Assembly: GCA_963745035.1 (NCBI GenBank)
Contig: CAVUVW010000013.1
Coordinates: 1,600,001-1,664,000 of the forward strand
Origin: an uncultured delta proteobacterium
GTDB taxonomy: Bacteria; Desulfobacterota; Binatia; UBA9968
DNA length: 64,000 bases
Reading direction: 5' to 3'
A model generated the notes under the pieces. It saw only the letters and a list, made by a program, of their open reading frames with translations, ran no database searches and was not told where the DNA came from. Below are positions 55,158 to 64,000 of the stretch, piece by piece (the first letter of the stretch is position 1; each line of letters opens with the position of its first letter). The position numbers and the translations under genes are program-made.

Positions 55158-56570
55158 CTAAACGTCGTTGCGATCTACCAGGAACGAACAACCGTCGGAC
55201 AATTGCGTCATGCGGCCGAGAAACAGGCTGCCTTTGGCGATCAACAGCGCCTGGCGAATTTTTCCACTGCGCAGGCTTTCCATAGCATGGCCCAGATAGA
55301 CGATGGCCGAGGGAATATGTCCCTGAGTCGGCGCATAGCCTAGCATACCGCGATGGCGCACGAAATCTTCCATCTGGCTTTTCTGGATTTGCCCGCGCAT
55401 CACCGCCAGCGCTGCCAAAGTCAAATAGTTCGTGCGCGGCACGTCGCCGCTGCCCGATGGCACCGTAATCTCGGGATTGTGCAGCTCGACGCCGTAGCGA
55501 TCCACATCCGTCAACTTGAGCCCCAGCTTTGCCAGCGGTTTTTCCGCGAGAGATTCCGCCATCGCCTGCGGCGCCGCTCCGGCCCGGACGGGGTGAAAGG
55601 CGACGGAGTCGAGACGAATCGACGGCTGTCCGGGTTTGGCAGGCGCCAAAATCGCCGCAAAGCTGCCCAGCACGTCTTCAAGAACCGGCATATTCTTTTT
55701 CAAGTGCGATTCGAACTTCATGCCGAGCTTGGCGAGCGAGCCGCCCGCGACCACCGCGACTTTCCTGGCAATGCCCGCCTGAATCAGACTCGCGCCGTGC
55801 ACCATCGCGTACATCGGCCCGGCGCAGAACGCTTTGGTATCCGAACCGGAAGCATTCTCGCAGCCGACGTCTTCGGCAATCGCCTTCGCGAGATTGCCGC
55901 CGCCGCGATTGTAGCGGTCGCCGACCGCTTCCTCGGAGCAGCTGATGACGTAATCGATTTCGCTTCGATCGATCTTGAGCGCGTTGAGTGCGGAGCGCAG
56001 GGAATGAGCTGCGGTAACCTTCGCCGCGATATTTTCCAACAGAATTTCAGCGACGAGATTGGCGTCTTCCTCGTGGCCCTGCTCGAAGGCGCCGATCAAG
56101 CGGTCGCCGGAATAAAGCCCCAGTGCGCCCTTCGCGCAGCGCATCTCGATATCCGCCAGCGAATTCACGCGGGGAGCGCGGCCGATCGCATGCCGTGCCG
56201 CGCATTCGCCAAACCAGCGCTCGTCGAAGGTCACGAGCTCGAACCGGTCCGCGCCGCCGAGTTGTGCGTAAAATCGGTTTTGCTCGACGAGATCACCGAA
56301 ACGTCCCTCGACCGTGGCGCCTTCGATGAGCTTGTCATACCAGGGCTTGGCCAGATCGGTCAATTTTTCCGGCGCCAGATTGCCGATGTAAACCTGATGC
56401 GGCGCATAGGCGACAGCGGCGTTGAAGTCGCGCAGGCGCCCGGCCAATTGCCCGCCGAGGGCGGGACGAGCGCGGATCTCACGCAGCGGCTTAGAGCCGT
56501 AGCGCACCAGGTCCGGCACATGCGCCAACGAATATGAGACACCCTCGATTCCAACACGCACAGGTTTCAT
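55158..56570 (-). CDS. grdC: Glycine reductase complex component C beta subunit (FabH-like fold)
   Basis: [58 protein letters not shown]...[23 protein letters not shown]. Confidence 0.92.
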   Translation of the reverse strand: MKPVRVGIEGVSYSLAHVPDLVRYGSKPLREIRARPALGGQLAGRLRDFNAAVAYAPHQVYIGNLAPEKLTDLAKPWYDKLIEGATVEGRFGDLVEQNRFYAQLGGADRFELVTFDERWFGECAARHAIGRAPRVNSLADIEMRCAKGALGLYSGDRLIGAFEQGHEEDANLVAEILLENIAAKVTAAHSLRSALNALKIDRSEIDYVISCSEEAVGDRYNRGGGNLAKAIAEDVGCENASGSDTKAFCAGPMYAMVHGASLIQAGIARKVAVVAGGSLAKLGMKFESHLKKNMPVLEDVLGSFAAILAPAKPGQPSIRLDSVAFHPVRAGAAPQAMAESLAEKPLAKLGLKLTDVDRYGVELHNPEITVPSGSGDVPRTNYLTLAALAVMRGQIQKSQMEDFVRHRGMLGYAPTQGHIPSAIVYLGHAMESLRSGKIRQALLIAKGSLFLGRMTQLSDGCSFLVDRNDV

Positions 56571-56928
56571 TGAATCCCGCATCTGCTGCCAATTCTCCGT
56601 TTCAGTTTCGTCCCGTGTTCAATTCAACATCGGAAGCTAAATCACGATACCGTTCCATTCATTAACTACTCGGCAAAGGCATGATATTTCAAGAACACAC
56701 CGGCATCGCTCGCGATACAATTGCTCGGCGTGGCTGATGGAGCAGCACCCTGTGTTGTGTTCGTCGCACAACTCTGGAGATAACACCCCATGTCTATTTT
56801 CCCAATCCAAAAATAATCGGTACCTTCCCTAATCACCTCTCGATGGCCTTTCGGCGGCTGAATTTGAAAGTCGTTTTTTCTCTCTTCTGAATTTGCACGG
56901 TTTTCTCCGTCATTCTCTACAGGCGAAT

Positions 56929-56958
56929 TTGACACTTTTACCCCCGTTCGGTTACAAT
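56929..56958 (+). promoter_or_regulatory. Sigma70 promoter of the three-gene module
   Basis: TTGACA (56929-56934), 18 nt, TACAAT (56953-56958). Confidence 0.65.
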
Positions 56959-57062
56959 TTTTCTTCCCGTGTACACAGCCTAGTCGATGAAAGCAAACTA
57001 GCGAATACGATGACCCGACACTGTTAACAGAATCTTTTTGTGGAGGCGGAGGCAAGAATTCC

Positions 57063-57257
57063 ATGATGGTGCTCCTGTTCACATTTCTTTTTCTAAGCCT
57101 TTTCGAAGCCCGAGCTTATGCCTACCTCGATCCCGGGAGCGGCAGCTACTTGTTCCAGATCATGGTGGCAAGTCTGGTCGGGGCGGCATTTGCGATCAAG
57201 ACCTACTGGATCAAGATCAAAAATTTCGTGAAAGATCTTTTTCAAAAACACCCCTGA
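57063..57257 (+). CDS. Small membrane protein with AYA-YLDPGSGS motif
   Basis: RBS GGAGG; hydrophobic leader, AxA site, YLDPGSGS, TM helix, basic tail; its stop overlaps the next start (TGATG). Confidence 0.8.
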   Translation: MMVLLFTFLFLSLFEARAYAYLDPGSGSYLFQIMVASLVGAAFAIKTYWIKIKNFVKDLFQKHP

Positions 57258-58654
57258 TGAGCCCGCCGGAATGCGTTGCTGAAGCGAGTTCCTTTCGTGA
57301 TCCGCATGGCTTTGTTTTTTATCGTGACGGAACCGTCTATCGCCAAATCAACAAACCGCACGAGGCCGCCTTTACTCAACTGATTCAATCGGGACTATAC
57401 GAGTCCTTGGTTGATTCAAAGTTGCTGGTGTCGCACAAAGAAGTCGACGCGGCTCCGGCTCGTGGGGAGGGTTTTTTCAAGATCATCCAACCCGAACGGA
57501 TTCCATTCTTATCGTACCCCTATGAATGGTGTTTCAGCCAGCTTAAGGACGCCGCGCTCGTCACCCTGAATATCCAAAAAAGAGCCCTCGATCTCGGCAT
57601 GTCGCTGCGCGACTGCAGCGCCTATAATATTCAATTCATCCACGGTCGGCCCATTTTGATCGACACTCTGTCATTCGGGATTTACAACGTAGGAGAGCCT
57701 TGGGCCGCATACAAGCAGTTTTGTCAGCATTTTCTTGCTCCTCTAATGCTGATGAGCCACCGGGACATTCGGCTAAATCAGTTGTGCGTGACCGAACTCG
57801 ACGGTATTCCCCTGAAACTGGCGAGAACGTTGCTTTCACATCGTGCTTATGCGAGCTGGCCGGCGTTTTTACACATCTGCCTTCACGCGCATTACGAGAA
57901 TTTTTATAGCCAACGACTCGTGCGAAGGGACTCCGGCGGCAAGCGCTTCAGCAGTCATTCCTTTAGAGGTTTGGTCGACAGCCTCGAAAGCGCCGTCATG
58001 AATCTCACGGTCAAGCAACCTAAGTCGGGATGGCTGACGTATTCCACCGAAGGGCACAACTATAGCGATGATTCGCTCAATCATAAGATGGAAGTCGTAA
58101 ATTCCTATCTGAGAAAGTGCAATCCGCGGGAGGTGTGGGATTTAGGCTCCAACACCGGCGTGTTTAGCCGGATCGCAAGCGAACACCACACCCGGGTGAT
58201 CGCATTCGATCAAGATCCGTACTGTGTCGAAGCCCACTACCTGCAATCCAGGAAAGATGATTTGGACATCCTCCCATTGGTGGCGAATCTTTCCAATCCA
58301 AGTCCCGCCATCGGTTGGGAAAATCAAGAGAGACGCTCGCTTTTAGAGCGCGCCAGCGCAGATACCGTTTTAGCTCTCGCATTGATTCACCACCTGACAA
58401 TCACCAACAATGTACCCCTGGAGAACCTGGCGAAGTTTTTCGCGAAGATTTGTCGTTGGCTGATCATTGAGTTCGTCCCCAAAGAGGATGCCAAGGTTCA
58501 GTTTCTCTTGGCCCATAGAGACGACATCTTCCCGGACTATACCCTGGGTGGCTTTGAGCGAGCATTTTGCCCACGCTTTTCGATCGAGAGCCGCACGGAA
58601 ATTCGCTCATCAAAGAGAATTTTGTTTCTCATGCGGCGACTGCACGAAGCATGA
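57257..58654 (+). CDS. NoeA-like protein: kinase-like N-domain + class I SAM methyltransferase
   Basis: SFRDP.G, SYPYEWCFSQLKDAA, LRDCSAYNIQF, IDTLSF; VWDLGSNTG.FS, LALALIHHL, IEFVPKED. Confidence 0.85.
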   Translation: MSPPECVAEASSFRDPHGFVFYRDGTVYRQINKPHEAAFTQLIQSGLYESLVDSKLLVSHKEVDAAPARGEGFFKIIQPERIPFLSYPYEWCFSQLKDAALVTLNIQKRALDLGMSLRDCSAYNIQFIHGRPILIDTLSFGIYNVGEPWAAYKQFCQHFLAPLMLMSHRDIRLNQLCVTELDGIPLKLARTLLSHRAYASWPAFLHICLHAHYENFYSQRLVRRDSGGKRFSSHSFRGLVDSLESAVMNLTVKQPKSGWLTYSTEGHNYSDDSLNHKMEVVNSYLRKCNPREVWDLGSNTGVFSRIASEHHTRVIAFDQDPYCVEAHYLQSRKDDLDILPLVANLSNPSPAIGWENQERRSLLERASADTVLALALIHHLTITNNVPLENLAKFFAKICRWLIIEFVPKEDAKVQFLLAHRDDIFPDYTLGGFERAFCPRFSIESRTEIRSSKRILFLMRRLHEA

Positions 58655-60207
58655 AGCGTTCGCTGGTTTTCCACCCGTTTCTCATCGCGCTATTTCCGGT
58701 AATCAGCATTCTCGCCGAAAACACCGGGGAATTGGAGTATGCTCCGTTGATACCGGCAGCAGTCGCATGCCTGGCAATGGTGTTGGTCGTTCTGTGTATT
58801 TGTCAGATCTTACTAAGAGACATGCTCAGAACCGGCCTCGTTGTTTCCGGTTTCCTTATCTTCTTTTTTTCCCCTTTCCATGTTTTTACAGGCTTGGCCA
58901 ATTGGCTTGCCGATTATTCAGGCGAGGAATGGCATTTATCCATCGGTCCGTTTTTGATGGTATGGATCCTGGCGGTCTCCGGGTACATTTATTTTTTTGC
59001 CAAAAAAGCGACGGGCCTGAAGCAACTCAACACGATTTTTAATGTGGTTTCTCTCTGCCTGATAAGCGGCCCGGTATTGACCATCGCCGTTGTGAAGTTC
59101 TCCGAAAAGATCGACTGGTCAAGCATTCATCAGCAGCAACAGACGGAGCCGCTCGTTGCGGCGGTAGCGCCGAAAAGTCAATTGCCGGATATTTATTACA
59201 TCATCATGGATCGTTATGCCGGTTCGGAGACGTTGAAGACGACTTACGGCTTCGATAACAAAGAATTTTTGACTTACCTTCGCGCGAAGGGATTTTACGT
59301 TGCCGCTGACAGCGCCGCGAATTATCCGTCCACGACACAATCTTTGGCGTCTTCGTTAAACTTTCAATACCTCAACTACGTAGGAAAATTCGTCGATCCG
59401 GAATCGAACAGTTGGATACCCCTTCAGATGCTGTTGCAAGATCACAAGGTCGGACAATTTCTCAAGAACATGGGATACCGGTACATTCATCTGGGTTCTT
59501 GGTGGGAACCGACCAGGAAAAACAAGTTGGCCGACGAGACCGTTTACTTTGTTCCTTTTCCGGAATCATTTTACACGTTATACGGCACAACAATGTTGTA
59601 TCCAATTTCATCCGCACTTCGCATGCTGGACCTTCGCTATGAGCACTGGCGAGGACATCGCCGCCAGTTCGAGAATCTCCTGAAAACGGTCGAAGTCAAA
59701 GGACCTAAGTTCGTGTTCGCACATTTCCTCTTGCCGCACAGCCCCTACGTATTCGCCCGCAATGGCGATTATGTACCTTTCGATCACGCAAGCAAACAAG
59801 GGTTGGAAGCCGCCTATATCGACCAGCTAATCTCCACGAACCGTCTACTACAAGGGACCCTCGACAGTTTGCTTTCACAAAGCAAACAACCACCGATAAT
59901 CATCCTGCAGGCGGACGAAGGGCCGTGGCCCCACCGATATGAACTCGACCAGAACAAATTCGATTGGCGCTTGGCGACCAATGCAGAAATCAAGCAAAAA
60001 ATGAGAATTCTAAACAGCTATTACTTACCCGGCACAGACTCCCGGGCGCTCTATCCGACCATTTCGCCGGTGAATACGTTTCGGGTCATATTCAATCTCT
60101 ATTTTAAGACCAATCTACCGCTTCTACCGGATGAAAGCTTCATCTATCAAGAGCAGCGGCATCCTCACAATCTATCGGATATCTCGTCGCGCTTGCGCCG
60201 GAACTGA
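58651..60207 (+). CDS. Multi-TM + alkaline-phosphatase-superfamily (sulfatase/LtaS-like) protein
   Basis: About five N-terminal TM segments; PDIYYIIMDRY, ANYPSTTQSL, FVFAHFLLPHSPY, IILQADEG; ATGA overlap with the upstream gene. Confidence 0.85.
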   Translation: MKRSLVFHPFLIALFPVISILAENTGELEYAPLIPAAVACLAMVLVVLCICQILLRDMLRTGLVVSGFLIFFFSPFHVFTGLANWLADYSGEEWHLSIGPFLMVWILAVSGYIYFFAKKATGLKQLNTIFNVVSLCLISGPVLTIAVVKFSEKIDWSSIHQQQQTEPLVAAVAPKSQLPDIYYIIMDRYAGSETLKTTYGFDNKEFLTYLRAKGFYVAADSAANYPSTTQSLASSLNFQYLNYVGKFVDPESNSWIPLQMLLQDHKVGQFLKNMGYRYIHLGSWWEPTRKNKLADETVYFVPFPESFYTLYGTTMLYPISSALRMLDLRYEHWRGHRRQFENLLKTVEVKGPKFVFAHFLLPHSPYVFARNGDYVPFDHASKQGLEAAYIDQLISTNRLLQGTLDSLLSQSKQPPIIILQADEGPWPHRYELDQNKFDWRLATNAEIKQKMRILNSYYLPGTDSRALYPTISPVNTFRVIFNLYFKTNLPLLPDESFIYQEQRHPHNLSDISSRLRRN

Positions 60208-60309
60208 GTTTGAGCATCTGCCTGCAATGCTCCCGTCCCGCCGAGACGTCCTGTGTTCCGATCCAAAATCGAAAATCTGAAAAGATCTTCCCGTTTTTTC
60301 CGTTTCTTG

Positions 60310-60861
60310 CTAATCCGTGAAAACGTGGTGTCTCAAGAACACCTCGGCATCCCCGCGGGCGAAGAATACCAAGCGAATTTCGTGGATGGCGCTTTCCGCG
60401 CCCAAGAATTCCTCGATCGCGCGCGCGGCTACGTTCGCCGCTTCGTCCTGCGGATAACCGTAAACTCCGGTGGATATCGCCGGAAAAGCGATCGTCGTAA
60501 GACCATTGCTCGCCGCCAACGCTAGCGAGTTGCGGTAGCACGCCGCTAGCAGCTCGGCTTGGTCGCGCCCGCCCCGGCGGTACACCGGCCCGACCGTGTG
60601 GATGACGTGTTTGGCCGGCAGGTTGCCGGCCGTGGTGATCACCGCCTGACCCGTCGGCAAGCCGTCCGGATACCGTTCCCGGCGAATCTGCCGGCACTCC
60701 TCTAAAATTGCCTTTCCGCCGGCTCGATGAATCGCGCCATCGACGCCGCCGCCGCCGAGCAACGTGCTATTGGCGGCATTGACGATCGCGTCAGTGTCTT
60801 CCTTGGTAATATCGCCGACTTTAATGCGCACGCGGCCGGCCAGAAAGCTTGCTAACTCCAT
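60310..60861 (-). CDS. Macro-domain O-acetyl-ADP-ribose deacetylase (YmdB-like)
   Basis: GDIT, AIVNAAN..LLGGGGVDGAIHRA.G, VIHTVGP, AFPAISTGVYGYP. Confidence 0.95.
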   Translation of the reverse strand: MELASFLAGRVRIKVGDITKEDTDAIVNAANSTLLGGGGVDGAIHRAGGKAILEECRQIRRERYPDGLPTGQAVITTAGNLPAKHVIHTVGPVYRRGGRDQAELLAACYRNSLALAASNGLTTIAFPAISTGVYGYPQDEAANVAARAIEEFLGAESAIHEIRLVFFARGDAEVFLRHHVFTD

Positions 60862-61044
60862 GGAGCACCCGATCGGAAGTTTTGATGGTCGTTCGCGAGT
60901 TTCCCGCGACATCTCTGATCGTCACCTTAGCGAAATTGAGGACGGATGGGAATCGCGGCGGAGCGCGCCGCCGCCCTTGACTCGCGCGCGAGGATCAAGT
61001 GAAAGTACGATACCGTCCGTTTTTTCAAACGCGCGGGTCAAACG

Positions 61045-62010
61045 ATGATCATAAACTGCGTCGCATATCAGAACGGCCGAAAGCTCGCCGACATTCCCGC
61101 AAGTGAGATCAGCTCTTATATCGCCCGGCCAGACTGTTTCGTCTGGGTCGCGCTGAAAGATCCTGAGCCCGCAGAGCTTCAGGCGATGCAGCACGAATTC
61201 GGCCTGCATGAGCTGGCGGTGGAAGACGCGCAGCACGGCCACCAGCGGCCCAAGATCGAGGAATACGATCATGCGCTATTTGCCGTGCTTCACCTGATCG
61301 AGCACAACGATGGCGAACTCAATGTTGGTGAAGTCGCGATATTCGCCGGCGCCAACTATGTGCTTTCCGTGCGCTCGCGCGCCGAGCGCGGATTTGTCGA
61401 CGTGCGCGCGCGCTGCGAGCAGGAGCCCGAGCTGCTGCGGCATGGCGCGGGGTACGTGCTGTACGCGTTGATGGATGCCGTGGTCGATCGCTATTTTCCG
61501 GTTCTTGACGCCATCGAGTCCGCCATCGAAGACATCGAAGAACATATTTTCGCCGAACAGCCCGACCGCGAGCAAATCGAAGCTCTGTACTCCGCAAAGC
61601 GCCGGCTCATGATTCTCAAACACGCCACCGAACCCTTGCTCGAGGCTAGCGCCAAGCTCTACGGCGGGCGCGTCCCACAGCTTTGCGTCGCGTTGCAAGA
61701 TTATTTTCGCGATGTTTACGATCACTTGCTGCGACTCAACCAGGCGATCGACAGCCTGCGCGACATGGTGACCACCGGGATCTCGGTGACGATTTCGCTG
61801 ATCTCGATTCAGGAAAATGCCGTGACCAAGCGCTTGGCGTCCTACGGCGCGCTCGTCGCGGTGCCGACCTTGATCGCCGGCGTCTACGGCATGAACTTTC
61901 AGAATATGCCGGAATTGAGCTGGCTTTGGGGCTACCCCTTCGCCCTGTTCTTGATGGTGGGAATCGACTCTTATCTTTTCTATCGCTTTCGCAAAGCGAA
62001 ATGGCTCTAG
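61045..62010 (+). CDS. corA: Magnesium/cobalt transporter
   Basis: LHELAVED, QRPKIE, YGMNF..MPEL, two C-terminal TM segments. Confidence 0.95.
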   Translation: MIINCVAYQNGRKLADIPASEISSYIARPDCFVWVALKDPEPAELQAMQHEFGLHELAVEDAQHGHQRPKIEEYDHALFAVLHLIEHNDGELNVGEVAIFAGANYVLSVRSRAERGFVDVRARCEQEPELLRHGAGYVLYALMDAVVDRYFPVLDAIESAIEDIEEHIFAEQPDREQIEALYSAKRRLMILKHATEPLLEASAKLYGGRVPQLCVALQDYFRDVYDHLLRLNQAIDSLRDMVTTGISVTISLISIQENAVTKRLASYGALVAVPTLIAGVYGMNFQNMPELSWLWGYPFALFLMVGIDSYLFYRFRKAKWL

Positions 62011-62060
62011 CTCAGTTCCGGCGCCCGGCCCGTGCCGCATCGCACGAAGATTCCCGGCGC

Positions 62061-62795
62061 TCAACCCAATGGCGTCAGCCCCTTCAAGGTCGGCAGCAAC
62101 TCGTCAAAGCTGTGAATGATCGCTCTAGGCTGCGCCGCCGCCAAGGTTTCCTCGTCGTTGTAAGAATGCTCCGTCGAGAGCGCGATAGGTAGGACTTCAA
62201 GATAAGTATCGCCGACCTTGCAGCCGTGCGTGTTGTTCCCCGCCCTGAGATAAGTCGCCGTGCCACTCAGCAAAACCACGCACATGTGCTTGGGTCTGTG
62301 CTTGCGATACAGAGAATAAATGCCCTGCTCCTTGGCGTAGTAGGTTTGATCGCGGTCGATGATCTCCTCGAAGTAGCCGCCGATGCCGGCTTTTTCCATC
62401 GCTTCGTGTTTGTACCGCCGCCCGCCGGTCGTCAGCAAAACATTCTTGAGTCCGGCCTGCTTGGTCTCCTGCAATGATTTCTCGATGCCGGAAATAAAGT
62501 TCGGCGGCTCGACATCGTAACGGTGCTTTTGCGCGATTTCCAGAGCATACTTTCGAATCTCGCCGCGCCTTGCTTCATTGAACGGCAAGCTCGGATCTTT
62601 TTCATATTCCTTGGCGAAAATCAGCGGTATGAGAAAAAGATCGAAGGGGCCGTCGGCGATCTTTCTGAGCCGCTCGAAACTGAGAGTCGGGAGGTTATAG
62701 CGCGGCAGGAGCTCGTTGACGATCGTCAACACCCGTTGAATGTCGGTCTCCACCGTGTCGGACATCGTGCGCAGTAAAAAGGTTTCGATGGCCAT
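62061..62795 (-). CDS. HAD-fold protein with degenerate catalytic motifs
   Basis: HAD-like layout (GI..YFEEII, L.AAQP..IIHSFDEL) but no DxD in motif I and no GD..D in motif IV. Confidence 0.6.
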   Translation of the reverse strand: MAIETFLLRTMSDTVETDIQRVLTIVNELLPRYNLPTLSFERLRKIADGPFDLFLIPLIFAKEYEKDPSLPFNEARRGEIRKYALEIAQKHRYDVEPPNFISGIEKSLQETKQAGLKNVLLTTGGRRYKHEAMEKAGIGGYFEEIIDRDQTYYAKEQGIYSLYRKHRPKHMCVVLLSGTATYLRAGNNTHGCKVGDTYLEVLPIALSTEHSYNDEETLAAAQPRAIIHSFDELLPTLKGLTPLG

Positions 62796-62848
62796 GGCTC
62801 ACCTCCGCGCCGATCTTATGGAATGCCGCGAAGTTGCGCAACCGCGAT

Positions 62849-63130
62849 TCATTCGTCGACCTGCTCGAAGGGCAGCCGATGCTTGCGCTCGACATTGCAC
62901 TTTTTGCAGCTCGGCACCAGATTTCCTTTGGTCGATTTTCCGCCGCGGATGATCGGCACCAAGTGATCCATGGTCAGATCACCGGGTGGAAATTTCCCGC
63001 CGCAATGGTGGCACAGACCCGCCGCCCGCTTGCGCTTCCACCACGGGCTGGCGCGCAACTCGCGCGCCTTTTGCCGCTCGAGGCGCATGTGCTCTTCGGA
63101 GACTTCCACGAGAAAGCGCGCGGCTTCCAT
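62849..63130 (-). CDS. Small HNH endonuclease
   Basis: ARELRAS.WWK, CHHC, LTMDHLVPIIRGGKSTKGNLVPSCKKCN. Confidence 0.88.
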   Translation of the reverse strand: MEAARFLVEVSEEHMRLERQKARELRASPWWKRKRAAGLCHHCGGKFPPGDLTMDHLVPIIRGGKSTKGNLVPSCKKCNVERKHRLPFEQVDE

Positions 63131-63322
63131 CACTTGTACCACCGTTTCAAAGTCGTCAAGATAAATACCGAAGCCAAGCGCCACAAGAAAGTACAGCGCG
63201 CTCCGCGCCATCGTCCAGGAATCGCCGCCGTCAAGGAAACGGCGCAGCTCCCACGACGCGAAGAAGACGAAAAACACGGTCGCGCTGGCGATCAATATTT
63301 TGTGCGCCGTGATCAGCTTCAT
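63130..63322 (-). CDS. Small two-TM hypothetical protein (probable frameshift near 63160)
   Basis: [11 protein letters not shown]... two TM segments; the alternate frame ends LTTLKRWYK* with a TGATG overlap onto the HNH start. Confidence 0.6.
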
Positions 63323-63431
63323 GGGTATCTCAGCTTACTCAAGCACAGCCGGCGCGCCCGGCGCAAGCATTGCCACCCGGCAAGATCCTGTTATAAATCT
63401 CGTGCAATCCATTGCGAGGAGAAAGCAAAAG

Positions 63432-63812
63432 ATGGACAAAGAAGTGGTGAGCACCGCCGACGCGCCCAAAGCCATCGGCCCGTATGAGCAGGCGATCAAG
63501 GTCGGAGAGTTCGTTTACATCTCCGGTCAGATCCCGCTCGATCCGAAAACCGGCAGCCTCGTCGAAGGCGACATCAAAATCCAAACCCGCCGGGTGATGG
63601 AAAACTTAAAAGCGATCCTCCAAGCCGCGGGATCGTCCCTCGAGCGCGTCGTCAAGGCGACCGTGTTCCTCAAAAGCATCGGCGACTTCGCAGCCATGAA
63701 CGAAATCTACGCCGAGTATCTCGGCGCCGCCAAGCCGGCGCGCTCGACGGTCGCCGTCGCCGATTTGCCGCGCGGCGCGCTGGTTGAAATCGATCTGATC
63801 GCCCTGGTGTAA
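63432..63812 (+). CDS. RidA/YjgF family enamine-imine deaminase
   Basis: [39 protein letters not shown]. Confidence 0.95.
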   Translation: MDKEVVSTADAPKAIGPYEQAIKVGEFVYISGQIPLDPKTGSLVEGDIKIQTRRVMENLKAILQAAGSSLERVVKATVFLKSIGDFAAMNEIYAEYLGAAKPARSTVAVADLPRGALVEIDLIALV

Positions 63813-63823
63813 CTTGCCGGACT

Positions 63824-64000
63824 CTAAACGCCGAGGATCATCCGGACCAGGCTCCGCAGCGCGAGTTTCGCGGCGCCTTTCAGCGAACCATCGGCGAGTT
63901 CCTCGTTCTCTCCCGTGCCGCGCGGATAAGCAAAAATCCCTCTCGTGCCGGTCACCACCCAGGATTTAGGATCGGCGTAGACTTGCGGCAGCTTTGCGAC
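63824..64000 (-). CDS. 3' end of an unidentified protein (5' part outside window)
   Basis: Open frame VAKLPQVYADPKSWVVTG...LVRMILGV* with GC-rich third positions. Confidence 0.55.
   Translation of the reverse strand, partial: VAKLPQVYADPKSWVVTGTRGIFAYPRGTGENEELADGSLKGAAKLALRSLVRMILGV

Noticed and set aside
56960-57062. Possible c-di-GMP riboswitch in the leader (GCAAAC motif)
   Set aside because: The paired stems and the downstream conserved elements could not be built; an Rfam/Infernal scan would be needed.
56666-57082. 138-aa minus-strand ORF
   Set aside because: No recognisable motifs, and it overlaps the promoter and start of the plus-strand module; probably spurious.
60310-63130. Macro domain plus HNH as a defence system
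   Set aside because: They are separated by corA and another gene, and both look like common stand-alone families.
62849-63322. Apparent membrane-anchored HNH nuclease fusion (157-aa ORF)
   Set aside because: Removing one base near 63160 ends the TM protein at LKRWYK* with a TGATG overlap onto the HNH ATG. Two genes joined by a probable indel error is the simpler reading.

Overview
A 64-kb GC-rich bacterial chromosomal segment. The gene repertoire (many NMT1/SsuA-type binding proteins, LVIVD protein, ornithine cyclodeaminase, LigAB-like genes) suggests a Candidatus Binatia / delta-proteobacterial lineage; this is inference only. Most of it is housekeeping: purM, ArsR-methyltransferase plus metH, the rplU-rpmA-obgE-proB-proA-nadD-rsfS-gpmI block, gltA, sthA and corA, mixed with ABC transporters and catabolic enzymes. 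I found no tRNA, rRNA, CRISPR array, integrase or transposase. Main points: (1) a selenoprotein the ORF track truncates, glycine-reductase protein A (GrdA), with in-frame UGA in a CxxU motif and a SECIS-like hairpin, paired only with grdC (no grdD, grdB/E or thioredoxin genes in the window); (2) an AT-richer, translationally coupled three-gene module: a small AYA-YLDPGSGS membrane peptide, a kinase-like/methyltransferase fusion (NoeA-like) and a membrane alkaline-phosphatase-superfamily transferase; (3) a LigB-like gene with a rearranged metal site, separated from its LigA-like partner by a UPF0016 half-transporter; (4) recurring intergenic inverted arrays of 7-9-nt units plus REP-like palindromes. 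About nine genes carry single-base frameshifts that look like sequencing or assembly errors. All family calls come from motif recognition by eye; no database searches were run.
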